Assembly (NCBI GenBank): GCA_046734955.1
Contig: JBKPSH010000004.1
Span: forward strand, 43,944 to 107,943
Reading direction: 5' to 3'
From: Acidobacteriota bacterium
Lineage (GTDB): Bacteria > Acidobacteriota > Vicinamibacteria > Vicinamibacterales > 2-12-FULL-66-21
DNA length: 64,000 nt
Made by a program: the position numbers and the translations under genes. Below the pieces are notes generated by a model. It worked only from the letters and a program-made list of their open reading frames with translations. It ran no database searches and had not been told where the DNA came from. Every line of letters begins with the position of its first letter. Position 1 is the stretch's first letter. Below are positions 20,670 to 30,707 of the stretch, piece after piece.

Positions 20670-22192
20670 ATGGACTGCGAGCGGTAACCTTGCGGCGTTT
20701 CGTCCTTGCCGCCTTTGTCTTTTGCCTTTTGCCTTTTCCCTTTTCCCTTGACGCCCAGCCCAGTGAATTGAAGTGGGCTGGTGACCCCGAGGGCGGTGCT
20801 CCATTCGTCGAAGCCGATCCCGCGGATCCAAACAAGGTGACCGGGTTCGACGTTGAGATTGCCGAGCTGATCGCGAAGGGCATGAGTCGCACGCCACGGT
20901 TTCTTTTCGTGCCGTACGGTTCCATCGATCAAGCGATCGAACGCGGCACGGCGGATATCGGTCTGAGCGGGATGGAAGACACGCCCGCGCGGCGTGCAGC
21001 GATGGCGACGACGATTCCTTACTACGCATTCCGCGAGGTCTTGGCGGTGCGCGACGGCGATGCGGCAACGCTTCGTCGTCTTTCCGATTTGAAAGGACGC
21101 CGCGTCGGAACGCTTGGCGGAACCATTGCGTACGAAATCCTGCTGCAGGCGGAACAGCGCTATGGTCTCCAGCCGGTCTCGTACGACGATGACGTGCATC
21201 CGTACACCGATTTGCTCCTGGGAAGAGTGGATGGCGTGCTTCTGGACAACGTCCTCGCCGAGCGCCGTCGAAAGAGCATGTCCGGGATCACGGTTCAGCG
21301 CGACGCCGTCGCGTTGAGCCACTACGTAGCAGTCCTCGCCTCCCGAAATGGATCGTTGCGCGATACCGTCAACGAAGTCCTGCGCGGCGCTATGCGCGAT
21401 GGCTCACTCGAACACATCTTCCGGAAGTGGGGTGTGTGGAACGACGATCAACCGGCCCTATATGCGAAGCTTATCGCCCGGCAACCAGTGCCACCGGTCG
21501 CACTGTCGGATTCCGATGGCCCGATCGGCGTTGCGACGCTGAGTCGATGGCAGGCGGTGCTTCGCTACATTCCATCATTGCTCACAGCGGCGGGGGTGAC
21601 GCTGATCCTGTCGTGCCTTTCGATGGCGTTGGCGGTCGCGCTCGGCGTGCTGATCGCAAGCGGCCGCGTGTACGGGACAACGGTCGCGCGGCTCGCACTG
21701 ACGGGGTACGTCGAGCTGATGCGCGGAACACCGGTGCTGTTGCAACTGTTTGTGATTTACTACGGTCTGGCATCCGTCGTGAGGTTGCCAGCGTTCGTCG
21801 CTGCCCTCCTTGGTCTTGCACTGAACTACGCGGCCTATGAAAGCGAAATCTATCGCGGCGCCCTCGAAGCGGTTCCGGCGGGGCAGCTCGAGGCCGCGCG
21901 AACGCTCGGGTTCAGCGAGCGGCAAGTCCTGCGGCTCGTGCGTGGGCCACAGGCGTTCCGCATCGCGCTCGCACCAATGACCAACGATTTCGTCGCCTTG
22001 CTGAAAGATTCGTCGCTGGTCTCGGTCCTGACCGTCGTCGAGCTGACCAAGCAGACACAAATTTTCGCGACCAATCTTGGGAGCTGGGTCATCCCTGGCA
22101 CGATATGCGCGGCACTCTACCTCGTGATGTCGCTGCCGCTCGGTGCGCTCGCGCGCAGGCTGGAACGCCAATGGAAAGCGCCAACGGTATGA
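20666..22192 (+). CDS. Polar amino-acid ABC transporter, fused substrate-binding domain + permease
   Basis: GFDVEIA SBP family 3 domain followed by RGTPVLLQL, AYESEIYRG, LLKDSSL; GTG start overlaps the TauE stop. Confidence 0.9.
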   Translation: MNGLRAVTLRRFVLAAFVFCLLPFPFSLDAQPSELKWAGDPEGGAPFVEADPADPNKVTGFDVEIAELIAKGMSRTPRFLFVPYGSIDQAIERGTADIGLSGMEDTPARRAAMATTIPYYAFREVLAVRDGDAATLRRLSDLKGRRVGTLGGTIAYEILLQAEQRYGLQPVSYDDDVHPYTDLLLGRVDGVLLDNVLAERRRKSMSGITVQRDAVALSHYVAVLASRNGSLRDTVNEVLRGAMRDGSLEHIFRKWGVWNDDQPALYAKLIARQPVPPVALSDSDGPIGVATLSRWQAVLRYIPSLLTAAGVTLILSCLSMALAVALGVLIASGRVYGTTVARLALTGYVELMRGTPVLLQLFVIYYGLASVVRLPAFVAALLGLALNYAAYESEIYRGALEAVPAGQLEAARTLGFSERQVLRLVRGPQAFRIALAPMTNDFVALLKDSSLVSVLTVVELTKQTQIFATNLGSWVIPGTICAALYLVMSLPLGALARRLERQWKAPTV

Positions 22193-22860
22193 CCACCATG
22201 CTGCAAGTGCGTGATCTCGGACTCAGACGGGGAGAGCGCACCATCCTTTCCGGCACGACATTTTCCCTGTCGCGCGGCGGGGTGGTGGCGCTGATGGGGC
22301 CGTCCGGATCGGGGAAAACAACGGTTCTTCGCGCGATTGCCGGTCTCGAGCGCTTCGACGCGGGCACGATCGTCCTCGACGAACTGACGCTCAGTGCTGG
22401 AGAGCGACATTCCAATGAAGTATTAAAGAAGTTGCGGCGTCAGGTGGGCCTTGTTTTTCAGTTCCACCACCTGTTCGAGCACCTGTCGGCGCTTCGCAAC
22501 GTCACCCTCGCGCCAGTCCACGTGCTCGGGATGCCCGCGAGCGCGGCCGAGCGTCGCGCCAGGGGACTGCTCGAGGTCCTGGGGGTCGACCACCGCGCGT
22601 CAGCGCTGCCGCGAGAACTGTCAGGTGGTGAAGCGCAGCGCGTCGCGATCGCCCGGGCGCTCGCGGTTGATCCGCCTCTCCTCATGATGGACGAGCCGAC
22701 CGCCTCGCTCGATCCGTCGCGCCGCAATGAACTCGGCGAACTGCTTGCTCGACTCAGCAATCAGAATCGAACCATTCTGCTCACGACACACGACGAGGAC
22801 TTCGCGACACGATGGGCGACGACGATTTTGCGAGTCAGCGACGGAGTCGTCGTGTCGTAA
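22189..22860 (+). CDS. Amino-acid ABC transporter ATP-binding protein
   Basis: GPSGSGKT, LSGGEAQRVAIARAL, MDEPT. Confidence 0.93.
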   Translation: MTTMLQVRDLGLRRGERTILSGTTFSLSRGGVVALMGPSGSGKTTVLRAIAGLERFDAGTIVLDELTLSAGERHSNEVLKKLRRQVGLVFQFHHLFEHLSALRNVTLAPVHVLGMPASAAERRARGLLEVLGVDHRASALPRELSGGEAQRVAIARALAVDPPLLMMDEPTASLDPSRRNELGELLARLSNQNRTILLTTHDEDFATRWATTILRVSDGVVVS

Positions 22861-23101
22861 AGAGTAGATCGCGGTCTTGAGACAAGCCGTGGCGGATTTG
22901 TCGAGCGCTGTGGCGTTTCAGACGGCGTAGAGGTTCCTTTCCTTCGCATTCCTGCCATAAACACTCCTTCGCCTTAGTCCGGATTTTGCATCATAGCGAT
23001 GTGGTCGAGGTCGCACGATCCTTGAAAGGACAAGCATCATCGACACACCGGTCCTTGTCGTACGCAGACTGATTTTCGCGACGCTCTGTGCGCTTGCGGC
23101 G

Positions 23102-23524
23102 TTGCTGCTCCCGGATCTCGCGCAGGCCGATTCGCGGCACAGCGGCGACCTGATCGTCAGATTCGTCGTCACCGACGTGGATCGCGATGGCGATCCGGAT
23201 CTTGTCGCCACCACACGCCACGCGGGCCTTCGCGTCTGGATCAACCAGGGACGCGGCCTGTTCGCCGCAGCATCCGGTCGCCTCCATTCACGACACACGA
23301 GCCTCGTGCACCATTCGAAGCCAGGGATTCGAGGGGTGCAGGCAGTCCGCCTCGATGACAGCACACTGAATGATCCGAATCGTCTGTTGATCGCCTGCAG
23401 TGCGCCCGCGGCCGCGCATCTCGTGCTTGTCCTCGAGACGCCAGTCGTCGCCGATGCCGCCTTCACGAATCTTGCCTGCCGACGACGTCCGCCGCGTGGT
23501 CCGCCTGCGCTCCTCTTTTCCTGA
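23102..23524 (+). CDS. Small exported protein with one FG-GAP-like Ca-binding loop and a C-terminal RGPP motif; true start probably further upstream
   Basis: DVDRDGDPDLV...VWINQG; ends RRRPPRGPPALLFS. The frame is open upstream to 22997 and includes a hydrophobic signal-like segment. Confidence 0.6.
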   Translation: MLLPDLAQADSRHSGDLIVRFVVTDVDRDGDPDLVATTRHAGLRVWINQGRGLFAAASGRLHSRHTSLVHHSKPGIRGVQAVRLDDSTLNDPNRLLIACSAPAAAHLVLVLETPVVADAAFTNLACRRRPPRGPPALLFS

Positions 23525-23633
23525 CACCAACACCGTTCTGAATTGCAGCTGATCTGCTAACGGCACGGCCGGCCGCGGCACGGAGATGCGTGCTTCGATT
23601 CGGTCGCTGTTCCCACGAGATGAGGAGATCGAG

Positions 23634-25028
23634 ATGCGGATTGTTCTCGCCGATCTGACATCGGCAGAAGGGTTTGTCAGCAAGGACACCGTCGCGGGAG
23701 GGTACGGATCGCGGCTGCGGCCGTTTTCACGGGTCACGCGGGTGATTTCGGCGGTCAAACGCTACCTTCACGCCCTTCCAAGCGTTCAAATGGGTTACAT
23801 CGCATCGCTGTGTGCTGCCGCCGGACATCAGGTTACTTACACCGGAGGAGAGGACGCGGACGGCGATGTTGCGATCGTGCTCACGTCACTCGTCGACTAC
23901 CGTCGCGAATGCGCGTGGGCCGATGCTCAGCGCGCACGCGGTTTGCGCGTGGGCTTTGTTGGTCTGGCTGCCTCTAAGCTTCCCGAACTGTTCGACGCCA
24001 GCGGCGACTTCGTCGTCCTTGGCGAGCCCGAAGCGGCAATCATGAGACTCGCGGCTGGCCAAACACTCGCCGGCCGCGTCGAAAGCAAACCGCTCAACGA
24101 CCTGACCACGCTTCCGTTTCCGCGATGGGATCTCATTGGACGCGACGGATCCGGCGGCTGGCATCTGCCTTTCACCGGGCGGCCCGCTGGCGGCTCCTTT
24201 CCTCTGCTCGCCAGTCGTGGTTGCCCCGAGTTCTGCACGTATTGCCCTCATCGCATTCTTGCGTCGTACCGCGCGCGCAGCGTCGACAGCATTGCCGACG
24301 AACTCGAGTACCTGTGTGCGTTGAAGCGCCGGCCGTATGTCGTCTTTCGCGATCCGTTGTTTTCCCAGGATCGAGAGCGATGCCTCGAGCTGTGCGACGA
24401 GATTCATGCTCGCGGGTTGATTCTGCGGTTCGAGTGCGAGACGCGCCTCGATCGACTGGACTCGGAGCTGCTGCAGACACTCCGTCGCGCGGGGCTCTCC
24501 GCCATCAGTTTCGGGGTCGAGACGTCGTCGGACGACACTCTCAAACGATCGGGACGCCGCCCAATTCCGTCGACGCATCAGCAGCGCATCATCACCGATT
24601 GCCGCCGCCTCGGCATCGTCACCGCTGCGTTCTACGTGCTCGGCTTTCTTCAGGACGACTGGGCATCAATCGCCGCGACCATCGAGTACGCGATCAGTCT
24701 CGGATCGACGGCGGCGCAATTCAAGCTGTTGACGCCGTATCCAGGCACGCCCATGTGGCGGCAGCTCAGCGCGCGTGTCTACGAGACCGACTGGCAGCGA
24801 TTCGACGGCTTTACGCCCACGTTCACACATCCATCCTTGTCGGCCGACGAGCTGCGGTTTCTGCTGGGCGCGGCGTATACGCGGTTCTACGTGCGCCCTT
24901 CGTATCTCGCCAACTTTCTCCGTTTGCGCGGGCGTGGACTGCGCGCCGCCGAACGATTCGATCCGGGAGTATTCGCGCGCCACGAACGAAACGAGCGCGC
25001 GACCATGGCAAAGGCGGTGACGTGTTGA
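23634..25028 (+). CDS. Radical SAM protein (B12-binding/BchE-like class)
   Basis: SRGCPEFCTYC, FRDPLF, ETRLD, FGVET, TPYPGT; start after GAGGAG. Confidence 0.88.
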   Translation: MRIVLADLTSAEGFVSKDTVAGGYGSRLRPFSRVTRVISAVKRYLHALPSVQMGYIASLCAAAGHQVTYTGGEDADGDVAIVLTSLVDYRRECAWADAQRARGLRVGFVGLAASKLPELFDASGDFVVLGEPEAAIMRLAAGQTLAGRVESKPLNDLTTLPFPRWDLIGRDGSGGWHLPFTGRPAGGSFPLLASRGCPEFCTYCPHRILASYRARSVDSIADELEYLCALKRRPYVVFRDPLFSQDRERCLELCDEIHARGLILRFECETRLDRLDSELLQTLRRAGLSAISFGVETSSDDTLKRSGRRPIPSTHQQRIITDCRRLGIVTAAFYVLGFLQDDWASIAATIEYAISLGSTAAQFKLLTPYPGTPMWRQLSARVYETDWQRFDGFTPTFTHPSLSADELRFLLGAAYTRFYVRPSYLANFLRLRGRGLRAAERFDPGVFARHERNERATMAKAVTC

Positions 25029-26254
25029 CTGCGATACCACGATACGGAGCGCGTGTCATTCCCAATACCGAGCAGACGATTGCGGCCATGCGCGCCGCCG
25101 GACAACTCGTCGAGGGGCCGCACATCGCCCGGTTCGAAAAGGCCTTCGCCACCAGGATGGGAGCGAAGTATGCCGTCGCGACTTCCTACGGCAGGATGGC
25201 CTTCTATTACCTGCTTCAAGCGCTGCAGCTGCCAAAAGGATCAGAAATCATCTTGCCGGCGCTCACGTTCTGGGTGATTCCGGAGCTCGCGCGCGTCGCC
25301 GGTCTCAAACCAGTTTTCGTCGACGTCGATCCTCGTTTGTTCACGCTCGATCCGTGCGCGTTCGAACGTGCGATCACGTCGCGAACAAGCGCCGTCGTTC
25401 CCACTCATTTGTATGGTCTGCCCTGCGACATGGAGCGCATCGTCAGCATCGCACGCGTACACGGGCTCGCGGTGATTGAAGACTGCGCGCACGCCCTTGG
25501 CGCGGAGTGGCGGGGCCGCCCAGTCGGCGCACTGGGCGACGCCGGATTTTTCAGCTTTCAGCTTCTCAAGCCGCTCAATACATATGGTGGCGGAATGGCG
25601 CTCACGAACAATCCCGGCGTCGCTGCGCGGCTCATGGCGGCTGTCCAAGCCGAACGTCCGCCGCGCGAGGCCGACGTTCTGCGGCGCCTGCAGCTCGGGC
25701 GGGTCCAGCGCATTGCCATTCGACCACGGGTTTTCAGCGCATCCCTCTTTCCTGTCATGTGGGCCGCATCCTGGGTCAATGCCACACCAGACGTCTACCT
25801 GTGGGAAAAGATCCGTCCGCTTGATCCGCTTCCCGACAATTACCGCGAGCGCTACAGCAACGTCCAGGCGGCGATCGGCCTCGAAGGACTCGCACATCTC
25901 GATGAGTGGACTGACGCGACTATTCAACACGCCAGGGATCTCAACCATGCCCTCGCGAACACTGAAGTCGAAACGCCGGAGGTTCCACCGAGCGCGCGGC
26001 ACGTGTTTTACCAGTACGCGATCTACGCCCAACGCCGGGACCGCGTCGTCCGTGGCTGCCTGCGCCGCGGCATTGATGTCGAGAGCCTGCACGTCGATGT
26101 CTGCACGCGACTGCCGCTTTTCGGCAACCACCATGCGCCGACACCAGGTGCAGAGCGCGCCGCGGAGGCGATCCAGCTTCCCGTGTACTCGTCGCTCAAG
26201 CCGGATCACATCGATCGGATCGCAACCGTGGTGCGCGAGGCCGTGGCGACGTGA
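25022..26254 (+). CDS. DegT/DnrJ/EryC1/StrS family PLP aminotransferase
   Basis: PTHLYG, IEDCAHALG, FFSFQLLKP (PLP lysine), QLPVY; GTG start inferred. Confidence 0.9.
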   Translation: MLTAIPRYGARVIPNTEQTIAAMRAAGQLVEGPHIARFEKAFATRMGAKYAVATSYGRMAFYYLLQALQLPKGSEIILPALTFWVIPELARVAGLKPVFVDVDPRLFTLDPCAFERAITSRTSAVVPTHLYGLPCDMERIVSIARVHGLAVIEDCAHALGAEWRGRPVGALGDAGFFSFQLLKPLNTYGGGMALTNNPGVAARLMAAVQAERPPREADVLRRLQLGRVQRIAIRPRVFSASLFPVMWAASWVNATPDVYLWEKIRPLDPLPDNYRERYSNVQAAIGLEGLAHLDEWTDATIQHARDLNHALANTEVETPEVPPSARHVFYQYAIYAQRRDRVVRGCLRRGIDVESLHVDVCTRLPLFGNHHAPTPGAERAAEAIQLPVYSSLKPDHIDRIATVVREAVAT

Positions 26255-26847
26255 GTTTCGCTGGGCCCCTTGCTTACGCCGCTGTTTTTGTCGCGGCGAT
26301 TGTTGAAGGGGAAATCGTGTTCGTCACCTCGGCGGTGCTCGTTGCTGCCGGAAAGCTCGATTGGCTGGCGGTCATGACCTTCGGTGCGCTCGGCGCTGCC
26401 GCAGGAGACCAGCTTGTCTTCTACGCCCTGCGCGGACGGATTGCCGGGTGGCTCAAACGCTCTCGCGCCGTCGCGGCACGTCACGCCTCGATCGTCTCGC
26501 GCGTCCAGCGCCATCAATCGTTGATGATCCTGGCAATCCGCTTCGCCCCCGGCCTGCGGATCGCGATCACGGCTGCCTGTGCTTACGGAAACATATCGCC
26601 GGTACGTTTCACAACGTTGAATCTGATCAGCGCGTTCATGTGGGCAGTCGTCCTGCTGACGCTCGTCTCGCGCGTCGGTCCAGGTGCGCTTCACTACGTC
26701 GGGATTAGTGGCGTGTGGGGCGCGATTATTCCAGCGGTGTTGTTGATTGCATTTGTGTGGTGGCTCGCGCGCTCCCCGGAGTCCCGGATCACGGGTCCCG
26801 GATCCCGACAGCCCAGCAGCGAGCAGCGAGCAGCGAAGAGCGATTAG
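26251..26847 (+). CDS. DedA (VTT domain) family membrane protein
   Basis: EGE, AAAGDQ, RFAPGLR motifs; the C-terminus is encoded by 7-bp repeats. Confidence 0.88.
   Translation: MSFAGPLAYAAVFVAAIVEGEIVFVTSAVLVAAGKLDWLAVMTFGALGAAAGDQLVFYALRGRIAGWLKRSRAVAARHASIVSRVQRHQSLMILAIRFAPGLRIAITAACAYGNISPVRFTTLNLISAFMWAVVLLTLVSRVGPGALHYVGISGVWGAIIPAVLLIAFVWWLARSPESRITGPGSRQPSSEQRAAKSD
26775..26845. repeat. 7-bp arrays (CCCGGAT)n then (AGCGAGC)n inside the DedA 3' end
   Basis: Directly visible. Confidence 0.8.
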
Positions 26848-28349
26848 ATCCAATTGAGGGTTCTCTGCACCGCTTTCTCCCAGCCGAAGTACGCAGCGTC
26901 GCGCTGGTCGTCGGTCCAATGGGGCTCCCATCGGCGATCCATCTTCCAGTTCTGCCGAAGATCATCCAGATCTTTCCAGAACCCGGTCGCCAATCCGGCC
27001 GCATACGCTGCTCCGAGAGCTGTCGTCTCTGCGACGACGGGGCGGACGACGGGCACACCGAGTATGTCAGCCTGCATCTGCATCAGCGCATTGTTTATGG
27101 TCGCACCACCGTCCACTTTCAGGATTTCGAGCTCGACGCCGGAATCTTTGACCATCGCATCGAGCACGGCGCGGGTCTGAAAACAAATCGCTTCAAGCGT
27201 CGCGCGCGCCAGGTGCGCCTTGGTGTTGAACCGGGAGAGTCCGACGATGACGCCACGCGCATCCGACCGCCAGTAGGGCGCGAAGAGACCCGAGAAGGCC
27301 GGCACGAAGTACGTTCCGCCATTATCCGGCACCGATGTCGCGAGCGCTTCAATGTCGGCCGCCGAACCGATGATGCCGAGCTGATCGCGCAGCCACTGCA
27401 CCGCCGAACCCGTGACCGCGATCGATCCTTCGAGCGCATAGATCGGGGCCGCATCGCCTATGCGATAACACACCGTCGTGAGTAGCCCTGCCTTCGACGG
27501 AACAATGTCGCGTCCCGTGTTGAGCAGCATGAAATTCCCGGTGCCATAGGTGTTCTTCGCCTCACCAGGCGCGACACACACCTGGCCAACCGTGGCAGCC
27601 TGTTGATCGCCGAGATCGCCGCTGACCGGCACCTCCCCGCCAATCGGTCCGCTGCGGCGCGTCACCCCGTAAGACGATCGATCGGACGATGAACGGATCG
27701 AAGGGAGCATCGCGTGCGGGATGGTGAAGATGGACAACAGTTCGTCGTCCCACGCCAGCGTCCGCAGGTTCATCAACATTGTCCGGCTCGCGTTCGTGAC
27801 ATCGGTCACGAACGACCCACCGTCGCGTCCGCCAGTGAGATTCCAGATCACCCAGGTGTCGATGTTGCCGAATACGGCTTCACCGCGGGCCGCCGCGGCA
27901 CGAACGCCGTCAACGTTGTCCAGAATCCATTGAATCTTTGCGCCAGAAAAGTACGTCGCCGGAGGTAGGCCGGTCTTCGATCGGATGACGTTGGCCGACT
28001 CAGTATTCAGGCTGTTGATGATGCCGTCGGTGCGGGTGTCCTGCCAGACGATCGCGTTGTACCAAGGTCGTCCGGTTTTTGGGTTCCAGACGACGGTCGT
28101 CTCGCGCTGGTTTGTGACACCAATCGCCGCCAGATCATTGGCCGTCAGCTTTCCGGCGCTGAGGGCGCTGGCAATCGACTCGTTCATCCGCGCGACGATC
28201 TGGAGCGGATCATGCTCAACCCAGCCGGGCCTGGGAAGAATCTGATCGTGCTCGACCTGGTGTCGAGCAATCTCGCGTCCACCGCGGTCGAACACCATGA
28301 ACCGCGTGCTCGTCGTCCCCTGATCAATTGCTCCGACGTAGCTTCGCAC
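26844..28349 (-). CDS. glpK: Glycerol kinase
   Basis: [40 protein letters not shown]; GTG start 28349. Confidence 0.96.
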   Translation of the reverse strand: MRSYVGAIDQGTTSTRFMVFDRGGREIARHQVEHDQILPRPGWVEHDPLQIVARMNESIASALSAGKLTANDLAAIGVTNQRETTVVWNPKTGRPWYNAIVWQDTRTDGIINSLNTESANVIRSKTGLPPATYFSGAKIQWILDNVDGVRAAAARGEAVFGNIDTWVIWNLTGGRDGGSFVTDVTNASRTMLMNLRTLAWDDELLSIFTIPHAMLPSIRSSSDRSSYGVTRRSGPIGGEVPVSGDLGDQQAATVGQVCVAPGEAKNTYGTGNFMLLNTGRDIVPSKAGLLTTVCYRIGDAAPIYALEGSIAVTGSAVQWLRDQLGIIGSAADIEALATSVPDNGGTYFVPAFSGLFAPYWRSDARGVIVGLSRFNTKAHLARATLEAICFQTRAVLDAMVKDSGVELEILKVDGGATINNALMQMQADILGVPVVRPVVAETTALGAAYAAGLATGFWKDLDDLRQNWKMDRRWEPHWTDDQRDAAYFGWEKAVQRTLNWI

Positions 28350-28364
28350 TGATGCCTCCGATAC

Positions 28365-28477
28365 CTTCTCGCTTCTCGCTTCTCGCTCCTGGCTTCTCGC
28401 TTTCCTTAGTTCGCCCGCCACTGCCGCGGAATGGCCGCGAGCAGCGAGCAGCGAGCAGCGAGCAGCGAGCAGCGAAA
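28365..28477. repeat. Inverted 7-bp arrays (CTTCTCG)x5 / (GCGAGCA)x5
   Basis: Between divergent glpK and glpD; the arms are complementary except for about one base per unit. Confidence 0.92.
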
Positions 28478-28503
28478 CGTTAGCACACCTTACAATTCTC
28501 TTA

Positions 28504-30063
28504 ATGTCTCGGTTGGCATCAGTGCGCGGAGAAAAGTTTGACGTCGTCGTGATCGGCGGCGGGATTATCGGATGCGGGGTTGCGCGCGACGCCGCGATGC
28601 GTGGCCTGCGGGTTGGCTTGTTCGAGCGGCGCGACTTCGGCAGCGGGACAACGGCGGCATCGACTCGCATCGTGCACGGCGGCCTGCGCTACCTGGAGCG
28701 GCTCGACTTCCGGCTGGTTCGCATGGATCTTAGAGAGCGGGAAACCCTGTTACGGATCGCGCCGCACCTGGTCGAGCCGCTGGAGTTCCTGATTCCTTTC
28801 ATGTCGGGGATGCCCGTGTCCGCATTGAAGCTTCGCCTCGGGCTGATGTTGTATGACGCGCTGAATCCAGACGCGTCACTCCCTCGCCACCGTTTTCTGG
28901 CTGCGGCCGCAGCGAGAAGCGCGGATCGCAGTCTCCACCGCGAAGACGTTCGAGGGGCGGCTGCCTATTTCGATGCGCGGGTCGACCTGCCGGAACGCCT
29001 TGCACTCGAGAACGCGCTCGACGCGGAAATTCATGGGGCAGCGATTCTCAATTACTGTGAAGTCGTGCCGCCGGTGGCTTCCGACGGTGTCACACAACGT
29101 GTGCGCGTCCGCGACACCATCGATGGGGATGAAGCTGAATTGACCGCGCGGGTCGTCGTCAATGCCGCGGGCGCATGGTGGGAACAGGTTGCGGGTGCGC
29201 AAACGGGCACGCCTCCAGGACGAATTCGGACCACGAAAGGAATCCACATCGTGGTCCCTCCGGTGACGGATCGTGCGCTCGTCGTGTTCTCCGCTGTCGA
29301 CCGCCGGCTGATGTTTGCAATCCCACGATCGGGACAGACATGGATTGGAACAACGGACACTGACTACGCAGGAGATCCTGCTGACGCGCACGCCACGCGC
29401 GGCGATGTCGACTACTTGCTCGCGTCGGTCCGTCCGATGTTCCCCGGATTGCGCCTCGAAGATGTGCGCTACACAACGGCCGGCGTTCGTGCGCTGGTCA
29501 GAGAACGCGGACGGCCATCCGCGGTATCGCGAATGCACAAGATCGTCGATGACCTGCCAGCGCCCGGCATCATCTCGATCCTGGGGGGAAAGATCACCGG
29601 ATATCGGGCGATCGCGGAGGAAGCGGTCGATGCAGTAAGCCGAAAGCTGAAGACGGTTGGTCCGTGCGAAACGTCGGAGAAGCCGTTGCCAGGTGCATGG
29701 CATGGGAAGGGCGTGCAGGACATCCCGCCATTCGTCAACGCGCTTTACGGCGCGCGCGCGCCGGAGGTAATGGCGCTGGCGCGCTCAGGGAATGGTCTCG
29801 ACCGGCCGCTCGCGCCCCAATACCCTGACATTGGCGCCGAGGTCGTTTTCGCGGTTCGATCGGAACACTGCCGGCGCGTCTCGGACTTTATCAGGCGCCG
29901 CACGCGACTCGGCGCGTCGGCAGACCAGGGGTGGAGCGCCGTACCGCGAGTGGCCGAAGTCATGGGCGCGGAACTGAGGTGGCAGCCGGACCGAATCGCA
30001 GCGGAGATTGACAGCTACCGCCACGACATCGCGTCGACGACGGCATTCAACAGCCGCTCGTGA
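28504..30063 (+). CDS. glpD: FAD-dependent glycerol-3-phosphate dehydrogenase
   Basis: [31 protein letters not shown]. Confidence 0.93.
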   Translation: MSRLASVRGEKFDVVVIGGGIIGCGVARDAAMRGLRVGLFERRDFGSGTTAASTRIVHGGLRYLERLDFRLVRMDLRERETLLRIAPHLVEPLEFLIPFMSGMPVSALKLRLGLMLYDALNPDASLPRHRFLAAAAARSADRSLHREDVRGAAAYFDARVDLPERLALENALDAEIHGAAILNYCEVVPPVASDGVTQRVRVRDTIDGDEAELTARVVVNAAGAWWEQVAGAQTGTPPGRIRTTKGIHIVVPPVTDRALVVFSAVDRRLMFAIPRSGQTWIGTTDTDYAGDPADAHATRGDVDYLLASVRPMFPGLRLEDVRYTTAGVRALVRERGRPSAVSRMHKIVDDLPAPGIISILGGKITGYRAIAEEAVDAVSRKLKTVGPCETSEKPLPGAWHGKGVQDIPPFVNALYGARAPEVMALARSGNGLDRPLAPQYPDIGAEVVFAVRSEHCRRVSDFIRRRTRLGASADQGWSAVPRVAEVMGAELRWQPDRIAAEIDSYRHDIASTTAFNSRS

Positions 30064-30068
30064 GCGCG

Positions 30069-30218
30069 TCAGCTGCAACCCGGATGACGGCAACCGCAGC
30101 GCAGTTCCGTCATGTTCTTGGCTTCCTTGCAGTGCTCGGAGCAGTACTTACCGAACTCCCCGTTTGGCTGGACGGTACATAAACAACCCGGGTGAGCGCA
30201 TTGCTGAGGCTGGTTCAT
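30069..30218 (-). CDS. Bacterial metallothionein-like protein (49 aa)
   Basis: MNQPQQCAHPGCLCTV...KYCSEHC...CGCRHPGCS after AGGAGG; resembles the SmtA/BmtA Cys pattern. Confidence 0.8.
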   Translation of the reverse strand: MNQPQQCAHPGCLCTVQPNGEFGKYCSEHCKEAKNMTELRCGCRHPGCS

Positions 30219-30264
30219 AACGCCTCCTGCTCGCAGATGTCTGGAGCATTGTCGCACAGTCGAG

Positions 30265-30345
30265 CCGCCTCCGCCTTCGGCGTTGGCGAGCCTTACGGCG
30301 GAGCATGAAGCGCGAGCGGCGCCGAACTTGAAAAGCGAAAGCGGG
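30265..30345. repeat. REP-like element (family of the 4371-4426 insert)
   Basis: ccgcctccgc...tacggcgga...gcgccgaa...gcgaaagcggg. Confidence 0.55.
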
Positions 30346-30361
30346 CACCCGGGAACCGAGA

Positions 30362-30529
30362 TCAGGCCTCTTCGGTCGCTGACTGCGCGCGGGCGTCCAT
30401 CTCGCGTTGCGTGCGCAGGATGCTGCACCATTCCTTGTGTTCAGCTATGGGCATCCCGCACTCAACGCAGATTCGGACTCGTGGACGCGGCTGGGTATTG
30501 CGGGTAAACAGCTTCTTCAGAATGGACAT
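30362..30529 (-). CDS. Unannotated 55-aa microprotein with a CxxC-x6-H-x3-C putative zinc site
   Basis: GGAG SD, then MSILKKLFTRNTQPRPRVRICVECGMPIAEHKEWCSILRTQREMDARAQSATEEA*; below the ORF-track length cutoff. Confidence 0.7.
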   Translation of the reverse strand: MSILKKLFTRNTQPRPRVRICVECGMPIAEHKEWCSILRTQREMDARAQSATEEA

Positions 30530-30627
30530 GGATGCTCCGAGTTTGTCGACTTTAACCTGAGACGGAGTTCAGGGCCAGAAGGTTTGCTGATTGTTAGGTC
30601 CCTCCGCTGGCCCCAGCGAAACTGCCG

Positions 30628-30652
30628 TGTCCGCCGTAGCTTAGCGAAGGAG
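30628..30652. repeat. Partial REP-like element, inverted relative to 30265
   Basis: gtccgccgtagcttagcgaaggag resembles the reverse complement of cctccgcgaaagctacggtggac (4373). Confidence 0.55.
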
Positions 30653-30707
30653 TATAATTCGCTGGGCTTGGCCCGCCGCAGTCAGTCGGCGTTTCAGAGA
30701 TGTTTCT

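Noticed and set aside
24125-25021. 709-aa ORF suggesting a fusion or frameshift between the radical SAM and DegT genes
   Set aside because: The upstream part is an Arg-rich shadow frame typical of high-GC DNA; DegT homology begins at about 25022.
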